A stretch of 55,538 bases of DNA from Acidimicrobiia bacterium (GCA_040905925.1 JBBDQO010000019.1:1-55538), one strand, 5' to 3'; positions 10,079-20,856 are shown, counted from the stretch's first letter. Numbers and translations: made by a program. Notes: generated by a model not told the origin, from the sequence alone.

Positions 10079-10864
10079 TTAGCCGTTTTTGGCTGCATCC
10101 AACATCACATCCAACGGTGCCCCGAGCCCTGTCCACCAGGTGAAGGACTCCCCCGCCTGAAGGGCGAGAAACTCGATTCCCTCAACCAACGGCACACCTA
10201 GCTCACGAGCGAGAATCGTGGACGGCGGGTCGGTGTGACCATACGCGAGGTCGACCAAGCCGGAGGCGGTCTCCAGCACCTTGTGCGGCAAAGACTCACC
10301 GTTCATCCCGATCGGGGTGGCGTTGACCACGATCGCATCCGACACCGGCGCTCCGAAGGGCACGACCACGACCTCGTAGCCGGCCCTGTTTGCCAGGTCG
10401 TGGGCAGCCTCGTCACGTCGCGCCGACAGATAGACGGCACGCCCCTCGATTGCGGTGAGGACGGCCGCTGCCGCGCCCCCGGCGCCCAGGATCAGGATCG
10501 GTGCAGTGGCAGCGAATCGGTTGCTCTCGAGCACCGTCTTCATAGCCGATGCGTCGGTGGAATGACCCTCCACCTGCCCGTCCCGGAGCCTCAAGGTGTT
10601 GACCGAGCCCGATCTAGAGGCGAGATCGGTCAATCGGTCTGCCGCGTCGGCCGCCATTGCCTTGAGCGGCATGGTGACGTTGATGCCGTGGAGGATGCCG
10701 GCCCTCAGCTCGGCGATGGCGCCGAGAAGCCCGGTATGTCCGGTGCGTCGGGTCTCATAGCTGCCGGAGAGCCCGAGGCTGGCCAAAGCTGCGTTGTGAA
10801 TGACCGGCGAGCGTGAGTGCTCCACGGGATCGCCGAGGAGCACGAGCCGGATTTCCCTGCTCAT
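10079..10864 (-). CDS. aroE: Shikimate dehydrogenase
   Basis: GDPVEHSRSPVIHN, NVTMPLK, SVNT, GAGGAA, NATPIGM; ATG 10864. Confidence 0.93.
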   Translation of the reverse strand: MSREIRLVLLGDPVEHSRSPVIHNAALASLGLSGSYETRRTGHTGLLGAIAELRAGILHGINVTMPLKAMAADAADRLTDLASRSGSVNTLRLRDGQVEGHSTDASAMKTVLESNRFAATAPILILGAGGAAAAVLTAIEGRAVYLSARRDEAAHDLANRAGYEVVVVPFGAPVSDAIVVNATPIGMNGESLPHKVLETASGLVDLAYGHTDPPSTILARELGVPLVEGIEFLALQAGESFTWWTGLGAPLDVMLDAAKNG

Positions 10865-10886
10865 CAAGGGATGTGCCGGCTCGCGA

Positions 10887-11984
10887 TCAGGGAAGCACTC
10901 CGTCAGCCCGGGCCTGGTCCACGTTGCCGTTGTGCTCTTCGATCGTGGCGGCGAACGCGTGATGCCCTTCGAGATCCGACAATACGTAGTAGAGGAATGC
11001 GGTTGTTTCAGGGCTGGCCGCCGCCTCCAATGAGGACCGTCCCGGGGAAGCGATCGGGGTTGGTGGCAACCCGGCCACCAGGTAGGTGTTGTAGGGCGAG
11101 TCCACCTCGTTGTTGAACTGTGAGATATCGCGTGTTCCAAGGGCATAGAGAACAGTGGCGTCGATGTCGAGCTTCATCCCGAGGCCGAGCCGGTTGTGGA
11201 TGACACTGGACACGAGGGGGCGCTCATCATTCAGGAGCACTTCGGTCTCGATCAATGAGGCGATGATCAGTCCCTGGTAGGGGGTGTAGCCGGCTGCCTC
11301 GATGATCGACCAGTCGATGCTGTCGACTCGTTGCTCCATTGTCGAGGCCAGACGTTGCAGGATCGAGCTGGGCTCTGCATCCTGCGAGAACTCGTAGGTA
11401 TCAGGGAAGAGCAGCCCTTCCCAATCGGCGATCGTCAGCTCGGCCGGCATCGGGCGCAACGAGGTGGAGACATCGCCCGATAACAGAGCTTCTTCGAATT
11501 CTGCGTAGGGAACACCGGCTGCTTCGGAGAGCCGGGTCAGGATCTCTCCCACCCGCAGGCCTTCGATGACGGTCACTCGATAGACATCGGCCACCGGCCC
11601 CACGACGAGCACTGCCACCACCTCGGCCGGGTCCATCAGGGTCTCGAGCTCGTAGGCGCCTGCCTGAAGACGTACGGCCGCCTCGCTGTTGCGAACCGCT
11701 ACCTCGAATTCCAGCGCCGAGCGAACGACCCCTTGAGCAGCAAGGATGGCGGCAATGTCCTCGGCACTCGACCCGCTCGGGATCTCAACCGTGACCTCTT
11801 GTCCCGGCAAGACATTGACCGGGTCAGAGGACCCATCCGAACTGATCGACGAGCCCACCACCCGTCCCAGGTACGAGGCCCCACCCACCACGGCGACGGC
11901 GGACAGGACCACGACACCACCGATCGCGATCATCCGGGCGGCGCGGACCCATGGCGAGGGCTCGGGTACTGGTTCAAAAGTCAT
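10887..11984 (-). CDS. mltG: Endolytic transglycosylase MltG
   Basis: N-terminal TM, EGLLFPDTY, IASLIETE, SPYNTY...GLPPTPIASPG. Confidence 0.93.
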   Translation of the reverse strand: MTFEPVPEPSPWVRAARMIAIGGVVVLSAVAVVGGASYLGRVVGSSISSDGSSDPVNVLPGQEVTVEIPSGSSAEDIAAILAAQGVVRSALEFEVAVRNSEAAVRLQAGAYELETLMDPAEVVAVLVVGPVADVYRVTVIEGLRVGEILTRLSEAAGVPYAEFEEALLSGDVSTSLRPMPAELTIADWEGLLFPDTYEFSQDAEPSSILQRLASTMEQRVDSIDWSIIEAAGYTPYQGLIIASLIETEVLLNDERPLVSSVIHNRLGLGMKLDIDATVLYALGTRDISQFNNEVDSPYNTYLVAGLPPTPIASPGRSSLEAAASPETTAFLYYVLSDLEGHHAFAATIEEHNGNVDQARADGVLP

Positions 11985-12385
11985 TTCAAGGAGTTGAGAT
12001 AGTCCTGGAGGATGATGGCCGCAGCCACCTTGTCGATCGTGTTTTTCCGCTCCCGACGCTTCATCCCGGACTCGAGGAGAGCGCTCTCCGCCATTCGCGA
12101 AGTGAATCTCTCGTCGAGATACACGATTTCGGCTGTTGTCGCTCGAGTCAGCTGGTCGCCCAGACTCCTGGCATCGGCGGCGGACATGCCCTCACCACCG
12201 CCGAGGCTGGTGGGAAGGCCGACCACGATGGTACCCACGTCGTGGATTTGAGCGAGTCGTGCGATCTCCTCCAGAGCAATCGCCCTTTCGACGACAGCCA
12301 ACGGGGTGGCGGTCAGGCCGAGGGGGTCGGACAGGGCGATTCCCACCCGCTTGGCCCCAACATCGACCCCGAGACACCGGCTCAC
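11981..12385 (-). CDS. ruvX: YqgF/RuvX family nuclease
   Basis: LGVDVGAKRVGIALSD, VVGLP, DERFTS, IDKVAAAIILQDYL. Confidence 0.95.
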   Translation of the reverse strand: MSRCLGVDVGAKRVGIALSDPLGLTATPLAVVERAIALEEIARLAQIHDVGTIVVGLPTSLGGGEGMSAADARSLGDQLTRATTAEIVYLDERFTSRMAESALLESGMKRRERKNTIDKVAAAIILQDYLNSLK

Positions 12386-15003
12386 AGACCGCCCAGGGCG
12401 CGCTCCGCGGCCTCTCGGGCCAGATCGAGGGCTTGGGGTAGTCGCTCGCCATGCTGGCCACCGGCCTGGGCCAACTCCGGGTCATTGGAGCCTCCCCCAC
12501 CCAGCTCACGCGCAGCATCGGCGATTAGGCCGGCCGCGGACACCCCAGCCTGCATCAGATCCTTGGACACCAGCCCAATCAGGACTCCTTTGCCGGCATG
12601 CTCAGACCCCACGACCACCACCGATCGGCCCCCCAGACGGTCCCTGATCCCGAGCGCCAGCTGACGGAGAGCGTTGGCATCGAGGTCACCGGCACCCGCC
12701 ACGACCAGGGACGCATCCCCGATCTTGCTTGGTGAAGATGCCAGCTCTCCGGCCAGCTCTCCGCGCTTTTGGGCCCGAATCGTGTCCAGCTCTTTCTCCA
12801 GGCCACCGACACGAGCGAGAAGGGCTTCAACGCGAGCCGGGACTTCGGGCGCTCCCACTTTGAGCAGTTGGCCTGCGCGATCCATGCTCTCCCTCACCTC
12901 GGCTATCCGCTGATAGGCAGCCATGCCGGTGAGGGCTTCGAGCCTTCTCAGGTTGGAGCCGATCGACGACTCAGACGTGACGAGCAGGGGCCCGACCTGT
13001 GCCGAGGAGTGGGTGTGAGTGCCCCCACAGAACTCGATCGAGTACTCCCCGACCTGGACGACTCGAACCGTCTCGCCATACTTGTCCCCGAAGAAGGCCA
13101 ACGCCTCCATCTTCTCGGCCTGTTCCTTGGTGGTGACGATGGTCTCGACCCTGGCATTGTCGATGAGCTTCTGATTCACCTCGGCCTCGACATCGGCGAG
13201 CTCCTGTGGTGCCACCTGGGCAAAATGAGAGAAGTCGAAACGGACCCGTCCCGGCTCGACGAGAGATCCCGCCTGTCTTGCATGCTCACCGAGGACATCG
13301 CGAAGGGCCCAATGAAGGACATGGGTCCCGGTATGGCTCTTCCTGATCGCCTCCCGCCGTGGCGAGTCGATGACGGCGGTGGCCTGTTGACCCACGGCGA
13401 TGAAGCCCGACTCGACCTCGAGGCGATGCCCATGCAGCCCCTGGAGCGCGTGTTGGGTGTCCCGCACCGAGCCGGTGCCCGTCTCTGTCTCGATGACCCC
13501 GGTGTCACCCACCTGCCCTCCGGATTCCGCGTAGAACGGGGTGCGACTGAGGAACACCTCCACCGCGCGGCCCTCGTCGGCTCTGTCGATTGTCTCTCCA
13601 TCAGCGACGATGGCAAGCACCTGCCCGTGGGCTGCCTCCTGCTCGTAGCCGACGAAGTCGGTGAGACCGGTCACTTCGAGAACCGATCTGTAGATCTCGA
13701 GAGCGGCCACGTCGTCCCCACCTTTCCATGCGTCCCGGGCCCGTTTGCGTTGTGCTGTCATCTCCTCCTCGAAACCCAGCGAGTCGACCGTGACGCCGCG
13801 CTCTGCCGCGATTTCGCGGGTCAGCTCGATCGGGAATCCGTAGGTGTCATGCAGCTTGAACGCCGTAGAACCGGACAGGGTCGCCTCATGGTCCCCCAGT
13901 TCGACGTCAAGGAGCTGATGACCCGATTCGAGCGTGCGCCGGAAGCGCTCCTCCTCGCGAGTGACAACTTGGGTGATGAAGTCCTTTTTGGCCTGAAGCT
14001 CGGTGTACCAGTCACCCATCACGTCCACCGTGGCCTGGACGAGATCGGGGAAGACGAGGCTCTCCCCCCCGTACTGCCAGGCGTGACGCACCGCCCGACG
14101 GAGAAGGCGGCGCAGGACATATCCCCGACCGTCGTTGGAAGGGATGACTCCGTCACCGATCAGAAAGGTGACGGCGCGGGCATGGTCGGCCAGGATCCGC
14201 AGCGAGACGTCGTGGAACTCGTTCTCGCCGTAGGTGAGGCCGGTGTATGCAGACGCCACGTCACGTATGTGCCTGGTGGTGTCGATGTCGAAGACTGAAG
14301 GAACACCCTGCATCACCACCGCGACCCGGTCGAGCCCCATACCGGTGTCGATGCTCTTGGCGGGCAGGTCGCCGATCACGTGGTAGGGCTCGTCCTGGAT
14401 GTTCTGCATGAACACCAGGTTCCAGATCTCGAGAAAGCGGTCCTCACCTCCGACGATCGGCCCGCCAGGGGCTCCGTAGTCGTCACCCTTGTCCCAGAAG
14501 ATCTCCGAGCACGGCCCACATGGCCCGGGCACGCCCATCTGCCAGAAGTTGTCCTTCCCCCCGCGTTGCACCCTTGCGGCGGGAACGCCCACCTGATCGA
14601 TCCAGATCTGCTCGGCCTCGTCGTCCGTCTCGTACACCGTGTACCAAAGCCGCTCCGGGTCCAGGCCGAGACGCTCGGTCACGAGCTCATACGCCCAAGC
14701 GATCGCCTCTTCCTTGAAGTAGTCGCCAAAGCTGAAGTTGCCCAGCATCTCGAAGAAGGAGAGATGACGCTGGGTGGTCCCGATGATGTCGATGTCGACG
14801 GTGCGCACCACCTTTTGGACAGTGGTGGCACGGTCGAATGGGGCCGGCTCCTCTCCAAGGAAATATGGCTTGAAGGGGACCATGCCGGCATTTGTCAGCA
14901 AAAGGGTGGGGTCGACCGGGATCAGGGAGGCAGACGGCCGGACGACGTGGCCTTTCTCCTCGAAGAATGAGGTAAAAAGCGTGCGAATCTGGTTGCTGTC
15001 CAA
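12382..15003 (-). CDS. alaS: Alanine--tRNA ligase
   Basis: DPTLLLTNAGMVPFK, FFEMLGNFSFGDYFK, DTGMGLDR, HTGTH editing motif, FCGGTH; TTG start. Confidence 0.98.
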   Translation of the reverse strand: MDSNQIRTLFTSFFEEKGHVVRPSASLIPVDPTLLLTNAGMVPFKPYFLGEEPAPFDRATTVQKVVRTVDIDIIGTTQRHLSFFEMLGNFSFGDYFKEEAIAWAYELVTERLGLDPERLWYTVYETDDEAEQIWIDQVGVPAARVQRGGKDNFWQMGVPGPCGPCSEIFWDKGDDYGAPGGPIVGGEDRFLEIWNLVFMQNIQDEPYHVIGDLPAKSIDTGMGLDRVAVVMQGVPSVFDIDTTRHIRDVASAYTGLTYGENEFHDVSLRILADHARAVTFLIGDGVIPSNDGRGYVLRRLLRRAVRHAWQYGGESLVFPDLVQATVDVMGDWYTELQAKKDFITQVVTREEERFRRTLESGHQLLDVELGDHEATLSGSTAFKLHDTYGFPIELTREIAAERGVTVDSLGFEEEMTAQRKRARDAWKGGDDVAALEIYRSVLEVTGLTDFVGYEQEAAHGQVLAIVADGETIDRADEGRAVEVFLSRTPFYAESGGQVGDTGVIETETGTGSVRDTQHALQGLHGHRLEVESGFIAVGQQATAVIDSPRREAIRKSHTGTHVLHWALRDVLGEHARQAGSLVEPGRVRFDFSHFAQVAPQELADVEAEVNQKLIDNARVETIVTTKEQAEKMEALAFFGDKYGETVRVVQVGEYSIEFCGGTHTHSSAQVGPLLVTSESSIGSNLRRLEALTGMAAYQRIAEVRESMDRAGQLLKVGAPEVPARVEALLARVGGLEKELDTIRAQKRGELAGELASSPSKIGDASLVVAGAGDLDANALRQLALGIRDRLGGRSVVVVGSEHAGKGVLIGLVSKDLMQAGVSAAGLIADAARELGGGGSNDPELAQAGGQHGERLPQALDLAREAAERALGGL

Positions 15004-15035
15004 GTAAATGCCTGGTGGGTTCGACTGGGCCGAGG

Positions 15036-15227
15036 TTAACGAGCGTGTTCCCGGAGGCGTTTTCCATTAGGGCGGACCGCCCTCGCTGCCAGGCTCATCA
15101 CATCGGCGCCGGTGACAACCGCGGCATGTCGCAGGTCGTGCAAAGTGGGTTTGCGACGCAAGGCGCGGACAGTCACCACCCCTCCGGTGACGACGCCGCT
15201 CACAAACCAAAAAGAGCGCCTCAGCAT
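15036..15227 (-). CDS. Small membrane-associated protein upstream of alaS
   Basis: MLRRSFWFVSGVVTGGVV; same position as small conserved actinobacterial ORFs between rarA and alaS; TACCCT -10 six nt before ATG. Confidence 0.65.
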   Translation of the reverse strand: MLRRSFWFVSGVVTGGVVTVRALRRKPTLHDLRHAAVVTGADVMSLAARAVRPNGKRLREHAR

Positions 15228-15243
15228 GGCTCCAGGGTAACGG

Positions 15244-16581
15244 TCATTTCCGCCCCTTCCGCTCGAGGATTCGATCAATCTCGGCCAGACGTCTGGCGAC
15301 CTCCTCCTCATCGCCGAAGTGGCCGGGGTGGAACAGCGGCTCGGGTGTCACCTCGTCAGGGAAGTACTGCTGAGCGACCACTCCCTCGGGGTGGTCGTGG
15401 GAGTAGAGGTAGCCCTCGCCGTGACCGAGCACGCCGGCGCCGGAATAGCCGGTCGAACGGAGATGCATGGGGACGCCGCCGGCCGGCCCGTTGTTGACCA
15501 GGTCCCGGGCCGCCCCCATCGCCCTCCCCACCGAGTTCGATTTGGGTGCGGTGGCGAGGTACAAGGTCGCATGGGTCAAGTGATACCCCGCCTCCGGCAG
15601 GCCGACGTAGGCGAGGGCGTCCGCCGCCGCCACCGCAATCAGCAGCCCTTGACTGTCGGCGAGACCGACGTCCTCAGAGGCCAGAATGATCAAGCGGCGT
15701 GCGATGAATTCGGGGTCTTCGCCACCCTCCAACATCAGGAACAGCCAGTAGAGGGCTGCGTCCGGGTCCGACCCCCTGACGCTCTTGATGAAGGCGGAGA
15801 TCACGTCGTAGTGACGGTCGCCGGTCTTGTCGTACCGGACCACCCGGCGCTGCAATGCCTCCGCAGCGTCATCGATCGAGATCTCGACACGTGAGTCCCC
15901 GCCAGCGAGGAGGGCGGCCACCTCCAGGGCGTTCAAAGCCTGTCTGGCGTCACCCCCGGTTCGAGACCCCAACTCCTCCAGGGCATCCGAGGCGATGGCC
16001 AACCCTTGGTCTCCGAGACCACGCTCTGTGTCACTCAGCGCCCGCTCCACCAACGTCTCCACCTCCTTCGCACCCAACGGCTCGAGGCGGAACAAGGTCA
16101 TCCTGCTCATCAGCGGTGAGTTGACCTCGAAGAACGGGTTCTCCGTCGTGGCGCCGATCAGCGTCAATAACCCGTCCTCGACACCGGGCAACAGGGCGTC
16201 CTGTTGGTTTTTGGCGAACCGATGGATCTCATCGAGGAAGAGAACCGTTCGACGCTCGTCCGTCTCCAGCCGATTCCGGGCGGATGCCAGGACGTCTCGG
16301 ATGTCTTTTACCCCTGCCGAGGTGGCCGACAGCGTCTCGAAGACGGCGTCGGCATGAATGGCCACCACCCTGGCCAGAGTGGTCTTCCCGGTGCCCGGTG
16401 GGCCCCAGAGCAGCATCGAAACCGGCCGACCGGACTCGACCACCCTCCGGAAAGCGGCGCCAGCCCCCATGAGCGCTTCCTGTCCGACCACCTCGTCCAG
16501 CGATCGTGGCCGCATTCGGGTGGCGAGCGGAGCCGAGCGCGCCGCGGCCGCCTCGACCCGGGCAGTGAACAGATCGCTCAT
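15244..16581 (-). CDS. rarA: Replication-associated recombination protein A (AAA+ ATPase)
   Basis: APLATRMRP, WGPPGTGKTT, FLDEIHRF, GATTENP, SAFIKSVRGSDPDAA; ATG 16581. Confidence 0.95.
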   Translation of the reverse strand: MSDLFTARVEAAAARSAPLATRMRPRSLDEVVGQEALMGAGAAFRRVVESGRPVSMLLWGPPGTGKTTLARVVAIHADAVFETLSATSAGVKDIRDVLASARNRLETDERRTVLFLDEIHRFAKNQQDALLPGVEDGLLTLIGATTENPFFEVNSPLMSRMTLFRLEPLGAKEVETLVERALSDTERGLGDQGLAIASDALEELGSRTGGDARQALNALEVAALLAGGDSRVEISIDDAAEALQRRVVRYDKTGDRHYDVISAFIKSVRGSDPDAALYWLFLMLEGGEDPEFIARRLIILASEDVGLADSQGLLIAVAAADALAYVGLPEAGYHLTHATLYLATAPKSNSVGRAMGAARDLVNNGPAGGVPMHLRSTGYSGAGVLGHGEGYLYSHDHPEGVVAQQYFPDEVTPEPLFHPGHFGDEEEVARRLAEIDRILERKGRK

Positions 16582-16616
16582 TGGGGCCGACGGTAATGGG
16601 TTGTGCAGGTAGAGGA

Positions 16617-17096
16617 TCAGCCGGTCTCGAGATAGCCGCGAACCGACCGTGTCAAAGGAAGCAGGGCCAAGGCGAGTCCCAATGGACCGAATACGGCCAT
16701 CAGGATCGAGAACGGGATGGAGATCAGCTCGAGCGTGATCCAAATCGCCTGACCCGCACCGATGAGGATGGTTGCGATCCATGACCAATGGTGGCCGGTG
16801 CGCCGCTCTAGACCAGCCAACCAGGTCCATCTCGGTCTGCGCAAGACGCCATAGGCGGCAATCAGCGAGCCGATCCCGAATCCAACCAGCAGCACCAGGC
16901 CCGGCATGACCCAGTTGTCGACCAGGGGAATGGCCTCCAGATACTCGTCGGGCAGCATGCTCTCGCCACCGATCCCGAGTGTCATCGCGAATCCACCGCC
17001 GACGGCACCCATACCCAGGACAGTGAGCAGGGTGAGGATGATCACAACCGGCATCGGTCGATGGGTTGGAACAGCCTTCGTAATGGTGAGCGTCAT
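16617..17096 (-). CDS. Hypothetical multi-pass membrane protein
   Basis: About four hydrophobic segments, AAGGAG SD, fills the aspS-rarA gap. Confidence 0.7.
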   Translation of the reverse strand: MTLTITKAVPTHRPMPVVIILTLLTVLGMGAVGGGFAMTLGIGGESMLPDEYLEAIPLVDNWVMPGLVLLVGFGIGSLIAAYGVLRRPRWTWLAGLERRTGHHWSWIATILIGAGQAIWITLELISIPFSILMAVFGPLGLALALLPLTRSVRGYLETG

Positions 17097-17180
17097 GAAG
17101 ACGTCTCCTTTTCGCTGCGCCCATGATCGGGCCTCGGCGAAGGAGTCAGCCAGAGGACAACGTCACAGCGACGACAGACC

Positions 17181-18953
17181 TCAGTCGGGGTCTGATGGTG
17201 TCTCGGGCTCGGTCTGGCGGGCACGCGCCTCGGTGGTCATGGTGATGCCCAACTCGGCCAGCTGGTTGTCATCGACCCAGGTCGGGGCGCCCGTCATCGG
17301 ATCGACACCGGTTTGGGTCTTGGGGAAAGGAATGACCTCCCTGATCGATACCTCACCCTGCAGCACCATGACCAGGCGGTCGATGCCGAACGCGAAACCG
17401 GCATGGGGGGGTGTGCCGTAGCGAAGGGCTTCCAGAAACCAGCCGAATCGCCGCTCCGCGATCTCGGAATCGATGCCCAGGATCTCGAAGACCTGGCGTT
17501 GCACCGCTGGATCGTGGATCCGCACCGAGCCCGAACCGAGCTCGATCCCATTGAGGACCACGTCATAGGCGTTGGAGGTCGCGCTCCGCGGGTCGTCCCG
17601 CATCTCTTCGAGGGACACCGGTGAGGTGAAGGGGTGGTGGGAGAAAGTCAGTGACCCATCCTCTGCTTCCTCGAAGAGCGGGAAGTCGATCACCCACAGA
17701 AACGAAAGATCGTCGTGGCCGGCCGGCCGGCCCAACTCGGTGCGCAAACCACCCAGAACCGTCACGCATGTCTTCCACTTGTCGGCTGCCAGAAGCAACA
17801 CGTCACCGGGCTCTCCGTCGAGGGTGTCTTTCACGGAGATCAACTCATCGGGTGACAGGAACTTCGCCACCGGTGATCGCAAAGACCCATCCGCTTCCAC
17901 CACCATCCACACCAGGCCCTTGGCCCCCAACTCCCTTGCTCGCTCGGTGAGGGCATCTGCCCTGGATCGTGGCCACTCCTGAGCCCCGATGTTGATCCCC
18001 CTCACCGTGCCTCCCGATTCGAGAGCAACTTTGAAGACACCAAACTCGGTGCCGTCGAGATGGGTCGAGACATCCCGGATCTCCATGCCGAATCTGGTGT
18101 CCGGTTTATCCGACCCATACCGGTCCATCGCCTCGGTCCAGGTCAGTCGGGGAAACGGGCGGGGAACATCTACGCCCCTCAGCGCTCCGACTGCGGCCAC
18201 CAGCACCGATTCGATGGCATCGAGCACGTCGTCCCGGCCCCAGAACGACCCCTCCAGGTCGAGTTGGGTGAACTCGAGCTGCCGATCCGCCCTGAAGTCC
18301 TCGTCCCGGTAGCACCGGGCGATCTGGAAGTAACGCTCCACCCCGGAGATCATCAGCAACTGCTTGAAGAGTTGGGGCGATTGTGGCAATGCGTAGAACT
18401 CACCGGGGCGAAGCCGGGAGGGCACCAACATGTCCCTCGCCCCCTCCGGAGTGCTGTTGATCAAGGTCGGAGTCTCCACCTCCAAGAAACCTTGCTCATC
18501 GAGGGTGCGACGGATCACCGCTGTCGCTCGGGAGCGAGCCTTCAAGTTGGCCGCCATCCGGGGCCGGCGGAGGTCAAGGTATCGATAGCGAAGACGCGCT
18601 CGCTCATCGGTGTCGGTGCGGTCATCGATCATGAAGGGAAGGGCTTCGGCGGCCGAGAGGACCGTGATCTCCTCGGCACCGATCTCGATCGTCCCGGTTG
18701 CCATCTCCGGGTTCTCCGTCCCTTCAGGTCGACGCCGGACTGTGCCGGTAACGGACACACAGAATTCCATTCGCAGGTCGCCAACTTCAGGATGGGCGGC
18801 GGGGTCGGCTACGACCTGGATGATGCCCGATGCGTCGCGGATGTCGAGAAAGGCGATACCTCCGTGATCACGTCGGCGCTGGATCCATCCGGCGACGGTT
18901 ACCTGCCGCCCGATCTCTGCCTGGCCGATCGCAGTTGCGTGATGGGACCTCAT
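17181..18953 (-). CDS. aspS: Aspartate--tRNA ligase (probably non-discriminating Asp/Asn type)
   Basis: RRDHGG, YRYLDLRR, ALPQSPQLFKQ, CYRDED, YGTPPHAG; His in RDHGG suggests the ND type; ATG overlaps hisS stop. Confidence 0.97.
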   Translation of the reverse strand: MRSHHATAIGQAEIGRQVTVAGWIQRRRDHGGIAFLDIRDASGIIQVVADPAAHPEVGDLRMEFCVSVTGTVRRRPEGTENPEMATGTIEIGAEEITVLSAAEALPFMIDDRTDTDERARLRYRYLDLRRPRMAANLKARSRATAVIRRTLDEQGFLEVETPTLINSTPEGARDMLVPSRLRPGEFYALPQSPQLFKQLLMISGVERYFQIARCYRDEDFRADRQLEFTQLDLEGSFWGRDDVLDAIESVLVAAVGALRGVDVPRPFPRLTWTEAMDRYGSDKPDTRFGMEIRDVSTHLDGTEFGVFKVALESGGTVRGINIGAQEWPRSRADALTERARELGAKGLVWMVVEADGSLRSPVAKFLSPDELISVKDTLDGEPGDVLLLAADKWKTCVTVLGGLRTELGRPAGHDDLSFLWVIDFPLFEEAEDGSLTFSHHPFTSPVSLEEMRDDPRSATSNAYDVVLNGIELGSGSVRIHDPAVQRQVFEILGIDSEIAERRFGWFLEALRYGTPPHAGFAFGIDRLVMVLQGEVSIREVIPFPKTQTGVDPMTGAPTWVDDNQLAELGITMTTEARARQTEPETPSDPD

Positions 18954-20167
18954 CCGGATCGAGCTTTCAGCCAATCCGCCAACTCCTCGAGAGGCACGCC
19001 CACCCGGAGTCCATCCGGGGTCCGGACATCAACAGGCTCGTCCAGGGATCGAAGCACCACCGTCACCGGTGCTCCGGACCGGCTCGCGGCGCGGAACTGC
19101 GTCTTGATCGATCTCCCTTCGCTGTCGAAATCGACCCGAATCCCCTCGCGACGGAGCCGGGAGGCTGCAACCAGGGCATCGGCTGCAGGGACCTCGGACA
19201 CCACGAAGACATCAACCTCGGACCGAGGCTCGCGACCGGTAGCGAGGATGATCCGGTCCACACCCAATGCGAAGCCGACACCCGGCGTCCGCCTGCCACC
19301 CAAGGCCTCGGCCAACCCGTCGTATCGCCCCCCTCCGCCTACTGCGTTCTGCGCCGTCTCCAAATCCCGGGCTATGTACTCGAAGGCGGTTCGGGTGTAG
19401 TAGTCGAGACCGCGAACCAAACGATGATCTTCGACGAAAGGCACGTCGAGGCGGGTCAGGGTCTCCTTCACCTCCTTGAAATGGGCCGAGCAATCGTCAC
19501 AGAGCCTGTCTGCCATCGCCGGCGCATCCTTCAGCTCGGGAGCACAGATCTTGCAGTCGAGGACCCGCAGGGGGTTGGTGTCAACCAGAGGCTTCGACTC
19601 CTCGCAGAGCTCTTCGTAGCGCGACCGCAGGAAGGATCGGAGCTCCTCGACGTATCCGGGACGGCACACCCCGTCCCCGAGGGAGTTGAGCCGCACCTCG
19701 AGGCCGGGGACACCGACTGCGCCCAGAAAGCGATAACCGAGTTCGATCACCTCGACGTCCGACGGAGGCGCCTCGACATCGAGATACTCGACACCGACCT
19801 GCCAGAACTGACGTCTCCGCCCGCCCTGAGGCCGTTCGTAGCGAAACATCGGGCCGGAATAGGCGCCCTTCCAGGCACCGAGGGAGCCAGAGGCGAGGAA
19901 CGCCCGCACCACCCCGGCGGTCCCCTCCGGTCTCAGAGTGACCGAACGGCCGCCCCGGTCGGTGAAGGTGTACATCTGCTTGGTGACGACCTCGCTGGTA
20001 TCACCGACCCCGCGTTGGAACAGCTCGGTGGCCTCGAAGATCGGGTTCATCACCAGTGGATAGCCAAAGCGGGCCGACCACTCCTCCCATTCGCCCAACA
20101 CCGATCGCCACACCGACGACTGGGGCGCGCCGATGTCGTCGGTGCCCTTAGGCGGTTGGAAGCTCAT
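18950..20167 (-). CDS. hisS: Histidine--tRNA ligase
   Basis: LRPEGTA, FRYERPQ, LVRGLDYY, GGGGRYDGL. Confidence 0.97.
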   Translation of the reverse strand: MSFQPPKGTDDIGAPQSSVWRSVLGEWEEWSARFGYPLVMNPIFEATELFQRGVGDTSEVVTKQMYTFTDRGGRSVTLRPEGTAGVVRAFLASGSLGAWKGAYSGPMFRYERPQGGRRRQFWQVGVEYLDVEAPPSDVEVIELGYRFLGAVGVPGLEVRLNSLGDGVCRPGYVEELRSFLRSRYEELCEESKPLVDTNPLRVLDCKICAPELKDAPAMADRLCDDCSAHFKEVKETLTRLDVPFVEDHRLVRGLDYYTRTAFEYIARDLETAQNAVGGGGRYDGLAEALGGRRTPGVGFALGVDRIILATGREPRSEVDVFVVSEVPAADALVAASRLRREGIRVDFDSEGRSIKTQFRAASRSGAPVTVVLRSLDEPVDVRTPDGLRVGVPLEELADWLKARSG

Positions 20168-20194
20168 GAACCGGGGAGGTTAGGACGGCGTACT

Positions 20195-20854
20195 TCAGAC
20201 GCGGCGGTAGCCCCGGCCGCTCAAGAACGGATTGGTCTCGATCTCGCGCCGGATCGTCGTCTCCGGCCCGTGACCGGGAAGCACCCGGGTGTCGCCTGGG
20301 AGCACGGTGACCTTCTCGGCCATCGAATGCATCAGATCGGGCATGCTCCCACCCGGCAGATCGGTGCGTCCGATCGACCCGGCGAACAGCTGGTCACCAG
20401 AGAACAAGGTCTCCTGGTTGGACAGTAGGAAACAACAGTGTCCCGGGGTGTGGCCCGGAGTGTGACGGACCTCGAAGCTGAGACCGCCAAGGTCGAGGAC
20501 TTGGGAATCCACCAAACGCTCGAAACGCTCGGGCAACTCGTAGGAGCCGGGTGGAGTCATCCCGAACATCGCAGCCAACTGTTGGGAGGGGTGCATGGTG
20601 AGAAAGTCATCATCGGGATGGACATAGACCGCGGCCCCGGTTGACGCCGCCAGCGCACCGCTCCCACCGCTGTGGTCGACGTGGCCGTGGGTGAGCAAGA
20701 TCCCCACCACCGCCAATCCCTGTTCGGCAACGACGGCACCGATCTTCTCAGGTTCAGGAGGGGCGTCCACCACCACCGCAAGACCGCCCGGCTCGTTCGC
20801 CACTATGTAGGCATTGGTCTCGGCCAGCCAGGCCGGCACGCGAACGATCAGCAC
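20195..20854 (-). CDS. MBL-fold metallo-hydrolase (glyoxalase II-like)
   Basis: THGHVDH, HTPGHTPG, FSGD, PGHG. Confidence 0.92.
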   Translation of the reverse strand: MLIVRVPAWLAETNAYIVANEPGGLAVVVDAPPEPEKIGAVVAEQGLAVVGILLTHGHVDHSGGSGALAASTGAAVYVHPDDDFLTMHPSQQLAAMFGMTPPGSYELPERFERLVDSQVLDLGGLSFEVRHTPGHTPGHCCFLLSNQETLFSGDQLFAGSIGRTDLPGGSMPDLMHSMAEKVTVLPGDTRVLPGHGPETTIRREIETNPFLSGRGYRRV

Positions 20855-20856
20855 GT

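Noticed and set aside
12769-14298. 509-aa plus-strand ORF
   Set aside because: Antisense shadow of alaS
16582-17124. 181-aa N-terminal extension of RarA in the ORF track (similar extensions for pyrC, efp, aroE, patA and the 42068 ORF)
   Set aside because: Overlap upstream genes in other frames; better starts exist at stop/start overlaps or behind SD or -10 signals
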